Shown here in pieces: positions 1 through 11,712 of a stretch of 64,000 nt of DNA. The notes under the pieces were generated by a model, which worked only from the letters and a program-made list of their open reading frames with translations, made no database searches and was not told where the DNA came from. Within the stretch, counting starts at the first letter, position 1. Every line of letters begins with the position of its first letter. The stretch spans positions 992,001 through 1,056,000 of the forward strand of contig JAUFOQ010000006.1 of the NCBI GenBank assembly GCA_040285855.1, in the 5' to 3' direction. The translations under genes were made by a program, and so were the position numbers. This DNA is from Eukaryota sp. GEM-RC1 (lineage: Eukaryota).

Positions 1-7
1 CAACTCA

Positions 8-1689
8 ATGGCACCAACCTCTTTACACAACATCAATCTCACAGATGACCAACGTGAGATCTTTAACGCAATCACTACCAGCAGACACAACTTCTTTGTC
101 ACTGGTGGTGCAGGATCAGGAAAATCTTATCTTTTACATGCTCTCAAATACTGGTGGAATAACGCAGGATCTCGTCTCATGCGTGCTAATGGTGAAATCT
201 TCTTCACTGCAACAACTGGGGTTGCCTCAACTGTTTTTGGTGGACAGACCATACACTCACTGTTTGGTTATAAGTTTATGAAAGAAGAAGAATCCATACA
301 TGATGTTATCAAATGTATGCCATCAAATGTCAAAATTTTGTTAAAAAATATTACTCCAAAAAATACAATGTTAATCATTGATGAAATTTCAATGTTATCC
401 TCCAATTTGTTTCAACGGGCGAGTGACATTTTGGGCGAACTTATGCACACGCAAAAATGTCACTCTCCGAAGAAACCATTTGGAGGAATTCAGATAATTT
501 GTTTTGGGGACTTTCTTCAATTAGCCCCTGTTGTGAAAAGTCTTGATGGAAAAGGAAATCGAAAAGTGGTAATTTCTGATTTCGCTTTTTCATCAAGAGC
601 TTGGAACAATTTAAATTTTAAATATTGTGAACTGGCTGGAAGTATTCGTCAGCAATCAGACTCAAAATTTTTTAATTTTCTAAATCAATTGAGATTGGGT
701 CTGTTAGATAATTTTATGAAATCAATTCTGCGTACTCATTTCGAAACAGCAGAATCTGTTGAAAACCCAACAATTTTATACGGAAAGAATACTGATGTTG
801 CTAGAGAAAATTTTAAACAATTCAAACTTCTGGCCAAAATTCAGATTCCATTGAATTTGTAGCTGTTGACAAATTCAATGAATCTGAATTAAAATCTCAA
901 ATCAGAAAAAGAAGTTCTAGATTTCCAGTCAATGAATCTAATTTGGAAAAATATTATGACATTGAAACTTCTGTGCTGACAAGTCGCTTGGATGACTTTG
1001 CTGAAAAAAAACTAGAATGCGTTGTGGGTGGACAAGTGATGTACACTCAAAATAAGCCTGAACTTGGACTAGTTAATGGTTCAAAAGGAGTTATTGTTAA
1101 TTTTTCAGATTCATATATTGATGTTCGGTTCAACGCTGAAGCAGAACCGAAAAGAATCAGTCAGTCAAGGTTTGCTATCGAACACTTGAACGAAATCGGA
1201 AGACCTGTTCAAGTGGCGAAAAGAATTCAGTTTCCGCTAAGACCTTGCTGGGCGATAACAGTGCATCGATCCCAAGGTTTAACAATTGACGGGATTGAAG
1301 TTGCTATCCAGTTTTGGGAATATGCCCAACTTTATGTGACCTTAAGTAGGGTTAGGTCTTGGAGGAGTTTAAAGATTTTAAGTATTGGAAGAAGTTATCC
1401 GGTACCAAATTTGGAATTGTACCAATGGTATTATTCAACTTTTCATCCTGTTAAACCATCCACTATTGATTTGTATGTTTTGGGAAATCAACATTGTCTT
1501 CAACGAGATTTCAATCATTTTAATTCATTGTTTGCAAACTTTTGTGCAGAATCGAGTGAACCAATTATGGATGATGTTGTTGTTCCTGAAATTGTTCATT
1601 GTGTTGATGAAGTTGTTGTTGATAATGTTGATGAACAAATTATTGAAAATAATGATAATCAAATTATTGACTTTGAAAAAATCGTTTAA
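8..1689 (+). CDS. PIF1-family (SF1B) DNA helicase, one frameshift near 828; possibly transposon-borne
   Basis: Walker A TGGAGSGKS, TTGVA..GGQTIHS, IIDEISML, PFGGIQII.FGDFLQLAPV, RQQSD, GLVNGSKG, RIQFPLRPCWAITVHRSQGLT, YVTLSRVR. ORFs 8..862 and 943..1689 join by a frame change. The frame is open to the window edge. Confidence 0.93.
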
Positions 1690-2849
1690 ATCATTTAGAC
1701 AAATCAAATTTATTTGAAACAGAAGCTGTACTATCAGGATCCGATTCTGGTGATGAATCTGATAGTGATACAATTTCAACAAGTTTAGATGATTTTGTTG
1801 TAAATGATGAACTTGAAGAAGATGAAACTAATATTCCTCCCAAATTTATTAATTGTGACTCAATTTTTAACAAAAATTCCCCAGAGATTGGTGTCAATAA
1901 GTCTAAACTTCCTCAGTTACCACGAAGCAACATTACTCTACCATCGCTTCCCCGTTTGAAGAAAACCCCTTTACCAACGAAGAATTTATTATTAAAAAAG
2001 AATGTCAGTGCTGGTATAGAAAGAAAAAGTTCCCAAGTATTTCCTCTTATTGATGATGAAAAGCGATTTTGTCTCAAGGAAGTTCAAACTGAAAGCTTTG
2101 AAAATGAAAAATGTGATTCCATATGTGAATATCAACAAACTGACAATATGACTTATGAAACAATATCATTGTCTCCTATTTTGGAGTATAATCGTGTTGT
2201 TACTTCAAAACAATTGAGAGTGGACTTAACTATTGGAATTCAGTCAATTGTCGATAATGTACTAGATTGTATTGGATCTGAATATGCATCAAGTATGGAA
2301 GTGAAAACAATAAGAAACTGTTACATTACCGATGTGATTAATAGGGATAATGTTGATGAACGTTATTGTAGTGATGTGCTTGTGGAATTGTTTCATGTTT
2401 TGAAAGAGTATTTGAAAAATGATGAAAAGATTGGGATGTGTGTTTTATTTGAATTATATTTAATTTTGAAAAGATTGGAAAATATAGGTAATTTTGATAG
2501 TTTCATTTTGTGTTACACATCTTGTAAAACACATCTTGTATTACAAATCTTGTATTACAAATCTTGTATTACAAATCTTGTATTACAAATCTTGTGTTAC
2601 ACATCTTGTATTACAAATCTTGTATTACAGATCTTGTGTTACACATCTTGTAAAACACATCTTGTATTACACATCTTGTGTTACAGATCTTGTGTTACAA
2701 ATGTTGTATTACAGATCTTGTGTTACACATCTTGTGTTACACATCTTGTAAAACACATCTTGTGTTACAGATCTTGTGTTACAGATCTTGTGTTACAAAT
2801 GTTGTATTACAGATCTTGTGTTACACATCTTGTGTTACACATCTTGTAA
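1677..2849 (+). CDS. Probable C-terminal acidic/low-complexity extension of the PIF1 protein, running into the tandem array
   Basis: The frame of ORF 1956..2849 is open back to the A-run at ~1676-1681 (NLFETEAVLSGSDSGDESDSD..SLDDFVVNDE). The last ~110 codons are tandem-repeat translation. Confidence 0.5.
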   Translation, partial: KNRLNHLDKSNLFETEAVLSGSDSGDESDSDTISTSLDDFVVNDELEEDETNIPPKFINCDSIFNKNSPEIGVNKSKLPQLPRSNITLPSLPRLKKTPLPTKNLLLKKNVSAGIERKSSQVFPLIDDEKRFCLKEVQTESFENEKCDSICEYQQTDNMTYETISLSPILEYNRVVTSKQLRVDLTIGIQSIVDNVLDCIGSEYASSMEVKTIRNCYITDVINRDNVDERYCSDVLVELFHVLKEYLKNDEKIGMCVLFELYLILKRLENIGNFDSFILCYTSCKTHLVLQILYYKSCITNLVLQILCYTSCITNLVLQILCYTSCKTHLVLHILCYRSCVTNVVLQILCYTSCVTHLVKHILCYRSCVTDLVLQMLYYRSCVTHLVLHIL

Positions 2850-2925
2850 AACACATCTTGTGTTACAGATCTTGTGTTTCAAATGTTGTATTACAGATCT
2901 TGTAAAACACATTTTGTGTTACAGA
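2509..2925. repeat. Minisatellite of 12-14 bp variant units (ACATCTTGTGTT / ACAAATCTTGTATT / ACAGATCTTGTGTT)
   Basis: Directly visible array of roughly 30 units sharing an ATCTTGT/ATGTTGT core, with no unique spacers. Confidence 0.95.
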
Positions 2926-3112
2926 AAGCACTTGTAGTTTTGTAAATTCTAATATAAAATAGTCAACAATTCAAAAGATCGAAGGTGTTCTTTTCAGTCA
3001 ACTCTAGACATTAATAGTGAATATCTTTCTTGGCTGGGTTAACACATTGATTAGTGAAGACAGATAAGAGTCATGTCTAGGTCAACAATTCATTACACAT
3101 ACGACACTTTCA

Positions 3113-3200
3113 TTACAAATGTTGTAGTTACAAATGTTGTATCACCAAATGTTGTAGTTACAAATGTTGTATCACCAAATGTTGTATCACCAAATGTTGT
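3113..3200. repeat. 15-bp tandem repeat (AAATGTTGTAGTTAC / AAATGTTGTATCACC)
   Basis: 5-6 units with the same ATGTTGTA core as the upstream array. Confidence 0.9.
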
Positions 3201-3350
3201 ACATGTAGTTATAACTTGGTGTCTTTGTGTCTTCTGATGAATGAAGCTTCATGGACTTGATGTCGTTGACCTTAGTCTCATTCCAGATAGCATCTGATAG
3301 AATTGAAAAATGCAGTCAAAAATGACTGAAGACACAGCAGTGTATTACAC

Positions 3351-3681
3351 GATCAGAGTTGTAGCAAACCAGCAGAGTTGTAGCAAACCTTAGTGTTTTC
3401 CTTTGGAGGATAAGATGTCAATGTGATGTATGTGTAGTAGGATGGTTCTAGTTGCACAACGTTGAGTTTATTCATGACATGGTTGAACACAGTTCACAAT
3501 TCTAAGAACGAATACCTGCAAACACGTCTCTATCTTGAAAGAAGCTCAACACTTGATATCAAACGATGTATGGAATCCATCAAAGAAGGTATAAGTGAAT
3601 CAGTTTGGGGATATGTGGTTATGGGGTGAAGAGTTTTTGGGGTAAAATGATTTTGGGGAGTATGCACCCCAAATGAATTCA
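3351..3681. repeat. Transposon terminus copy 1 (~330 bp), near-identical to 37475..37799
   Basis: Direct repeat that ends sharply at ...CCCCAAATGAATTCA in both copies. Terminal hairpin TTTGGGG-AGTATGCA-CCCCAAA. Confidence 0.9.
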
Positions 3682-3683
3682 AC

Positions 3684-5840
3684 ATGGGTGTTCGCGGTCT
3701 GTTGAGTTTTATTTCTAATCAGCTTAAGGATGATGTTCCTATGCCTTATCTTGAACGTATTAGGATCCACCGGCGTAATCCAACGCCATACCACTTTGCT
3801 GTTGACATGGGAAATTTCAAGGCGTCCCTCCTGAAAGACTTCATACCATTCCGCTCCTCTGGATTCAGTGCAGCCGATATGATGTTCCAATTGAGACAGC
3901 TGTTCTCTAAGTTCAAGGAATGTAATGTCTTCTTTCACTTTTACATTGAAACAATCACCAACGAAGATTTCCTACGCAAAACCTCAAACTTGGATCAAAC
4001 TTACACCGATAAACAGTGTTCCTCTCTCACTCCTGTCAATGCCAAAGTTAGGGATCCCCGTCCAGAAATTTTCACATGGATGATCCTCTCCGCTGCCCTA
4101 GACGTCAATGATCCTAACAGTTCCCACCAAAATTCCATCAGAATTGTTGAGGGTGAAGGAGATCCTTTTCTGGCCAATGCTGTCCAAAGAGGAAGTCTCG
4201 ATGCCGTGCTATCTGAAGATACTTTTGTATTTTTGATGGCTGCAAGCTGGCTTTACTGCGTGGAACGTGGAAGGATGCTTTGAAGAGACTACTCAACAAT
4301 CAGAACGTTGAAATTAATGTTTTCAACTCAACGGAGTTCAAAAGACACATGGGCCTTGGTCAACACGCGCTAATAGACTTTGCAACAATGATGGGTTGTG
4401 ACACCACAAAGCATCTTGCCGGAAACCGAAGTCTCCCAAAAACCCTCGAAAACTTGAATGAAAACTTCATCAAATGGAACGCAAAAATAGCTGCTAACTC
4501 TTCTCTTGCTGATCAAGTGGAAGCAGCACGAGAATTCTATCATTCAGCCAGAAATTCTTCTGATTTCATCGAATGTTCATCTGTTGATGATGCTATTAGA
4601 CAGACACTTCAACTCAAATCTCAAGATCCCACAGATGTCAAAGTACTATCACCATTCTCTTCTGAAACTCAAGAACAAAAAGTGAAGAAATTCTCTTCAA
4701 AGCAATATACCAGGCCTCTTAAACTGGGTATATTTGCGTTGTCTCTCAAAGATGATGGAAGGGACATGATTTGGAATCGTCCATACTACAACCCTGAAAC
4801 AAGCGAAGTTTCTGATTCAGAATTTGACTTTAACCGCCATCTTCCCTTTGCTCCTCCTCCTGACCTTCATAAAGCTGTTACTCTATTGTATCTCTTGGAG
4901 AGTCAGTCTCGGCATGGATCATCAGAAACAAGTTTTGAACCTAATGTCCATCATTCCTGGTTTGAAACGCTTGAATTTATACATAGTGAAAGTCCTCTCC
5001 TCTATCAACTTTGTCTCTACATTCGTTACTTAAACCAACGCCGTGTCTTTTTTACAAGAGGGATCTGAAGAAGAGACGAGGGCTCTACACCACCGTTTAA
5101 TTGACATTGTACTTCTTGCTTTAGTGTCAGTATTTCCTACTTGTGAAGCTAGAATTGATCTCCCAGTGATACAGTTACCTCTCAACTTCGATAGAGCCTC
5201 TATCTACTTATCTACTCTAGGCACTTACTGTGATTGGTTGGCTTATCTAGGTTTCAGTGATATAAGTGGGTTTCTCTCAATCGTGAACACTCAATTTCTA
5301 TCATTTCTACTGTCACTTCCTGAAATTAATGATTACCAGGACAATGAGAATGTCGAGTCTGCTGTAGAATGTGTGTGGAATTTATTGAGGTTAGTTGTTG
5401 AGTCTCGTCAGTTTCACCCACATTGTCGAACACTTTTGGAATTTGTTGTTCGTTTTGCTTTTGCCGACGTACAATGTCCTGCTGTTGCTCTTTCCCATCT
5501 ACCTCCTGTTGTGATTCAGCAGTTCCACTCTGGTTTTCAGAGAATCAAAAATGGAGAAACACGGCGTTTGTTACAAGCTGCTGAAGCTGTCAAAGAACGG
5601 ATCAAAAACCAATCAATTATCCATTGTAAACACGTAATCTCTGCTTCTAACACCACTATCCCCCATCACGTTGCTGTGAAGTGTTGTGACTTGCTCTTTC
5701 TGCATTACAAAGTTGATCTATCCCAATGTTTTGATGGTATTGAAATGGAATTCCTTCGTCGTCTCTATCAAAAACGGGAGTTAAATGGAGAGTATAGAAC
5801 TATTAAGAGGTTCTTTAAACGTCACTATACTAGGAAGTGA
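3684..5840 (+). CDS. Asteroid/FAM120-like PIN (XPG/FEN-type) domain protein, split over three frames
   Basis: N-terminal MGVRGLLSFI, FAVDMGNF, VEGEGDPFLA, AVLSEDT, HMGL..ALIDFATMMGCD. Frame changes near 4215-4280 and ~5050. Confidence 0.75.
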
Positions 5841-6533
5841 TTAGCAATAAATTTCTGATTCTTGTTCTTATTGAAAAGGAAGTTCAAGAGGGGCCTGGGG
5901 TATACAAATGGTGAAGCCAGTTGAGTGTGATTCATTTGAATTTCAAATATACTTGACAAATGATAAATAATTACTTTAGTGAATTACTATCTTTTCTCTT
6001 ACCTAAACTGTTGCAGATAGAATCCAATAATTGTTTTCATTGTTTAAATACTGTACATGTAAAATTTATGACATCAAATCAATCAGAGAGTTTTGCGGAT
6101 AAGTCCCCTCCATAAAACAGAAGTTACAACTAGAGAGGGGGTTTACTTTAACTCAATGGTTTTGAATGACTTTTGACGACTTTGTCCGACTCAAATCTAC
6201 TTACACCCAAAATCTCAAGTCAAGTCCCAGCAATAAGGATTTCATCATGTGCCGTCATAGATAAAACAACCAACTAGACTTTAAAGGGACACATTTTCGG
6301 GGACATGAGACATTGATGGATGGTAAGAATCAACCTGCAAATTTAGAAGTGTGTCAACTCAGTGAAGAGATGACAGATTGCTGAATGACATCATGAACAC
6401 TGAAAATAAGCTCAAAATTCAAATCATCACACAACTTCTATTTGTTGTATTGTAGGTAATAGGTGGAGATACATCGAATTTGATAGTTGAGATGTAATTG
6501 CACGTCATCTCAATTCCTTTCCTCTGTCTTCCC

Positions 6534-7357
6534 ATGTTGGAGAGCCTTGTTGGATTTCTTGCTACTGCAGTGTGTATCGTTTCATATCTTAGCAATGTAC
6601 AACCCCACATTATTGTTAGAAGAACGCGCCAGCGCATTAACGAATATGGAAGGTACGGTCTCGGCTTCTTCTAAACTGCAGCAATATTGTAGTTGCACAC
6701 TGGCACATGTTTAATAGCCTCTTCTACGGATTCCTGATCCTTGATGCGTTTGTGGTGCTCACAAGCGGGGTAGGCCTAATCAGTACATTGTTCTATCTTC
6801 TTACACTACTCTACTATGGATCCGACCCCATGTACATGGAGTACACTCTCATCTCCTTCTACATGTTTGCTCTCGCATTTTTCTCTGTTTACTCATTTGT
6901 TCTTCCTACTGAATATCGATTCCAAAGTGTCCAAATACTCAACATAACCTCCAACGCCTTTTGCACCGTGTTTCTCCTTCAACCAATCATAGCCAGCTTC
7001 CGCACCAAGATCAACTTCAATCCCAAGTATTACACCTACTTTAATGCAGTCAATACCTGGTTATGGGCACTGTACGGGTTCCTAAAGCAGGATGTTGTTC
7101 TGTTTTACCCTCCTCTAGTTCAAGGATGTCTTAGACTGGTTCAGTGTTGGCAAGTTTATTATTATTCCTCAGTAGTTGTCAGTGAAACCAATGTTGAAGC
7201 ACCTTCCGTTGTTGATCCTGATGTTCATGTTCAATCTGAAGTCGCGTTTGACGATACTGATGCTTTGACTATTATTGAACGGTCTATATCCGCTGTTAGT
7301 TTGTCAATGTTGGAGGAATCAGATTTTGGATATGCTAGTGCTGTGGTTAAGGTTTAA
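6534..7357 (+). CDS. SWEET/MtN3-family sugar transporter (intron 6653..6681)
   Basis: Splicing a 29-nt GT-AG intron joins ATG 6534 in frame to ORF 6707..7357. Multiple TM helices; NSLFYGFLILD and NTWLWALYGFLKQD repeats. Confidence 0.8.
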
Positions 7358-7979
7358 GTTCGTAAACTAGAGTAGCTTTTAGTTAGTTATAGATTTTGAT
7401 TTTGATTTGCGCTGGATTGTTGTACCAATAAATATTTAACTCCGCTGTTTGATTCCTGTCCTTTGAGATTCTATCTATAATTGGTGTTAAATTATTATCC
7501 TCAATGACCTCTGCAGCAGCAATGTAAGTATCAGTTTGAGATCAAAGTCAGAACTATGTACAAAAACCACATTGATAAAATTAGATAAACTACTGTAGCC
7601 AAATTCCAATGATTGATGATGATTTTGATTAACCAGTGTCAAGAATAAGAAATTAAGTTCATTTCTTGATGGTGGTGCTTTCAATAAAACATTTAAACAA
7701 TTAAATAAACAAAGGAGTTTGTGTGCTGTGACAAACACACAACAAGAAACTAAATACAACTAGCGGTTATTAACACAAACTATCAAACGAAGTACCTGAT
7801 TCCTACAAGTAGTTGCTACCAAGTAGCAAAACACAGTTGATGGTACTATACTCTAAACACCGCTGGTGCCAATTCCAAATTAGTGATTAAATAACATGAG
7901 TACTTAAGAAAATGTATTCGAGACTTTGATAATAAACATAGCTAACCGCTGTAGAAATCACCAAATGCAATGAAAAGAA

Positions 7980-10285
7980 CTACAACTTCCTCTTTAGAAT
8001 AAAAGAACTAAGCTCATTAACTGAGCTCAAAAGATCGTCTCCAGAAAGATCATCTTCTGAAACTGGTTCATAAGAAAAGATATCTCCACGTTTTCCATTT
8101 TGGATCAATTCCCACGAATCACACGATCTCACATCGTTGTATACCTTCAACTCAAACAAATCTTTCATTTCCTTTCTTGAATAATTCGCATCGTTATGGA
8201 AGACATCAATGAGTGCCTTTGAAAGACTATTCTTGAATTGATGACGTTGGAAAATCTTTTCCTCAATGGTGCCAGTCATGATTAGCTTAAATAAACGTAC
8301 ACTCCTTTTCTGGCCATATCGGTAAATCCTAGCATTGGCTTGAAGATCATCACTGGGATTAAAGGAAGAATCCATAAGGATCAAATTGTTTGCAGTAGTG
8401 AGCGTCAGTCCAACCCCGCCACTTTTACAAGACAAAATGAACACTGGTACTTCAGATCTTTCATCATTAAATATTTGAATATTTTCGTTTCGTTTGTCGG
8501 AATTCGTTTGACCGTCCAAACGTACGAATCTAACTCCCATTTCGTTTAATAAGATCTGTACGAGGTCTAGCGTTGTAGTAAAATTAGACACAATCACAAT
8601 CTTTTCCTTTCGTGACAGACAATCAATCACAATCTTTTTCAAAACTATAAACTTTGGAAAATCTTCCAGTTTTAATTTGGTTAATTCCTTCAAATCCTTC
8701 TCACCAAAATCAACTGCTCCATCATTATCAGACAGCAACTTTGGATAAGTACAGACCTTTCGTAGAAGCATTATCAGAGACAGCGGATCATGGCTTTCTG
8801 ACTGGAACTGTCCTTTAAAGGTCTCAAGTAAGCTGGCGTAAAAGTCCAATTGACATGTTGTTGGTCTCAGAAACAAAACATACTCTGCTCGAGGAGGAAG
8901 TATAGAAACCAGGACTTCAGAAGTTCTCCGTAACACAAAAGACGCAAGTACTTCACTTAGAGCATTTGCTCTGTCATTGGCCAACTGAATCTCTACAGCA
9001 CTAGCACTAGCATCCTGAGATCGTGTAATTACTTGACCATAGACTCTATTGAAGGATTGAAGAGTTCCAAGAATGCATGGATTAACAAAATCAACCAAGG
9101 CGAAAAACTCAGACATGTTGTTTTGCATTGGTGTTCCTGAGATAAATTAAAAAATTAAAGATTAACAATACCAGTGAGGATAATCTTTCTACGAGTAGAG
9201 AAGGATGTTAGAGTCTGGTAGGTTTGAGATGACGGTGTTTTAAGTCGATGGCCTTCATCACAGACAATCAGGCCAATATTATGATTGTTGACTAAAACAT
9301 TGTGTAAATCTGTTGCCCTCAGAGCTTCATAGCTCACAATTAGCACAGGTCTTCTTTTGTTTTGGAAGAAATCTTCTACAATTGATATACGTTGATCCTT
9401 GGTTGATGAAGGATCTAGTACAAGTGGATTCACACGCTCAGTACCCAAAAACTTTAGAAACTCTGACCTCCATGTTTTTAACAAGGATACTGGTGTTACT
9501 ATAAGTACTTTTGATACTAACAGTTGTTTTCTTACAGGATTAACTAATGCCCAAATCAATCCAATCACTGTTAAAGTCTTTCCAAGTCCCATTTCATCGG
9601 CTAGAATGGCTCCAAAATGTTGATTGTCAGCACCATTAGAAAATCCACTTAGACACTTAAACAGAAACTCTATTCCAGTTTTCTGATGAGGTTGTAGCAC
9701 TGCCTCAAGATAGGAATCAATGTCAACTTGACTAGGCCATTTGGTCGCCACTTTCACACCCGAAGCATTTTGAGGTTGGAAAGTTTTGACTTTGCGTATT
9801 TGTGTGGAAATTACCATAGATCCAGATCTCCAAAGTGCTTCAGGGATTTCTTCTAGTAGTTCACATATTCGAGAGGAGAACTCAATGTACCTAAGGTTAG
9901 TGGAGATGATACAAACTGTCCTTCTTTCATTACCAAGTCAGAAGCCTTGAGATGAATGGTTTGAGAGCAAAGTTTCTTCATTTCGGGATCAAAGAGAGAG
10001 AAAAAGCTTCCCGTCAATGGAGAGGAACCCATCATTCAACTTCTTTCTGTCTTTTCCAGACCGTTTATTCCACATAACTTTCCAGTACTGAGGAGAACAC
10101 GGGATTGAAGACGAAACTGTGGGTAGTGACGGTGGAGCAATTTTGGGGATGTGACGAGAGATTGCTGCTTTTGGTTGGGACAAGGATTTCGATTTAGGAG
10201 TAACTGGGAGAGATGAAGAGATGTCATTAGTGCGACCCTTTTTTTGGGCTACTAGAAGAGGCGAAACAAACGCACGCCGTTTCAT
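7980..10285 (-). CDS. RAD54B: RAD54B/Rdh54-like SNF2-family DNA translocase
   Basis: GAILADEMGLGKT, CDEGHRLK, LTG|TPMQN joined by a ~35-nt intron near 9137-9171, RLDG, SGGVGLTL, FNPSDDLQANARIYRYGQ, TGTIEEKIFQR. N-terminal YWKVMWNKRS..KK..DGFL is Rdh54-like. Second probable intron 9853..9890 and a frameshift near 9995. Confidence 0.88.
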
Positions 10286-10717
10286 GAAAATGAGCCGGCA
10301 ATTTCTCTTCAAGAAACCATCATTATATTGTGAATCTGCAAATGCTTAGATGTGGCATTGAGACTGTTGCACTTCGTTCTGTATCGAAACACCACACTAT
10401 TTTGTGATCGTCCAGGTGCACATACGTTTGTTAAGGTAGATCCTTCTGGTAGTATCAAAATTGGACAAGATCTCATTAAACTAAAGTGGTACTGGATATT
10501 GTGGTATCCAAGGGCTTTCTATGTTCATCTCCTTCCTTTTTACTACGATTAAGAGAGCTGATTCTGAAGACTGTTATTCGATGATATTTGTTTATTGTGT
10601 TGTAAATGGAGCACCAGGTTGTGTTGATTCAGTGTAGAATCCTGTTGAAAAAACATAGATTCACACTGTATTGCAGATGAGATTCAACGGTGGTAATCTG
10701 TCAACCGAAACAATCAA

Positions 10718-10791
10718 TCCCGCGTGGCGCAATTGGTTAACGCGTTCGACTCTTAATCGAACGATTGAGGGTTCGAGTCCCTCCGCGGGAG
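10718..10791 (+). tRNA. tRNA-Lys(CTT)
   Basis: Acceptor stem TCCCGCG/CGCGGGA, anticodon arm TTCGA-CTCTTAA-TCGAA, T-arm GAGGG-TTCGAGT-CCCTC, T-run terminator downstream. Confidence 0.95.
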
Positions 10792-10834
10792 AATAATTTT
10801 TAAGCTTCAATTTGAAGCTAAGTTTTTTATTTTA

Positions 10835-11520
10835 AATTAAAAGGATTTTATGTTATAAATTAACGAAATACAAACAACTATTACTTAAAAGATATTAAAT
10901 GATCCACATCTACTCTTGAACTACCACGATACAATTTGTCCAGAATACGATTCAAATACTTTGGGAAACTTCTATATAAGGAAAAAACAATGCGATTACG
11001 CCAAAGAGACTGATTAAAATTTTTCCTATGATCACGGCACAACTTTGAAAAGGCATCAAAGAAATTTTCAGCAGCAAATCCAATATTACCAAGAATTGAA
11101 ATAGCAAACGGAATGAACTTAAAAGAAGAATACAAATTGGAATTCAGTTTGATCATTGTGTCAGAATATGTACTAATCTTTCTTTTTTCAGCTTTGGATA
11201 AATGATTTTCAGTATCACTCGAAACTGAATTCAAATATACTTTAGCACATGGATCAACAGTAGTAAAATCTATCACAGCTTGACAAGAATCAAGATATGG
11301 AACAATGAGATCACCTCGTCGAGAATTGGTAATATTATCATCACTATAATGCTTAAGAAGAGGTTCGATTTTCCCATTAAACCCATGACATTTAAACATT
11401 TCATACGTAACATCACGAACAGCATTGTGTAAAATTGATCTAAACTGAAGAATTTTTTTGCAACTAACAATGTGTCTGAAGTCAGCTTTTGGTCTCTTAT
11501 CACAACAACACATAAAAAAC
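10835..11520 (-). mobile_element. 3' part of an RLE-type (CRE/R2-group) non-LTR retrotransposon: zinc knuckle, restriction-like endonuclease and 3' UTR
   Basis: ORF 10881..11513: C.C..HIVSC, HNAVRD, EP, RRGDL, VIDFT, AEKRK..Y, FIPFAISILGNIG. Confidence 0.85.
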
Positions 11521-11539
11521 CAGTTTTTTTATTTTAAAA

Positions 11540-11712
11540 ATTTGCTACTCTGGAAAAATGAGACATCTTTTGAGATCTACTGCTTCTTCAATTGCTCTAA
11601 ACTTTTGCAGATCTTTTAACAAATTGAGGATTAATTTTTTCGCTTCATTGTTAGAAGTTGATTCAACGTTACCTAGAAGTCATTTGTTTACTTCTGCTCA
11701 TTTTGGTGGAAT
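11540..11712 (+). mobile_element. Probable RT thumb-region fragment of a CRE-type retroelement, inverted relative to the RLE part
   Basis: KMRHLLRS...F...FN..RINFFASLL...HLF....GGM resembles the 'YLLR...FD..LR...LP...GGLG' post-RT region. Confidence 0.5.

Noticed and set aside
2494..2905. ORFs 2494..2751 and 2678..2905 as repeat proteins
   Set aside because: Artefacts of translating the tandem array.
2509..2925. CRISPR-like array
   Set aside because: Units are contiguous with no unique spacers, the context is eukaryotic and there are no cas genes; it is a minisatellite.
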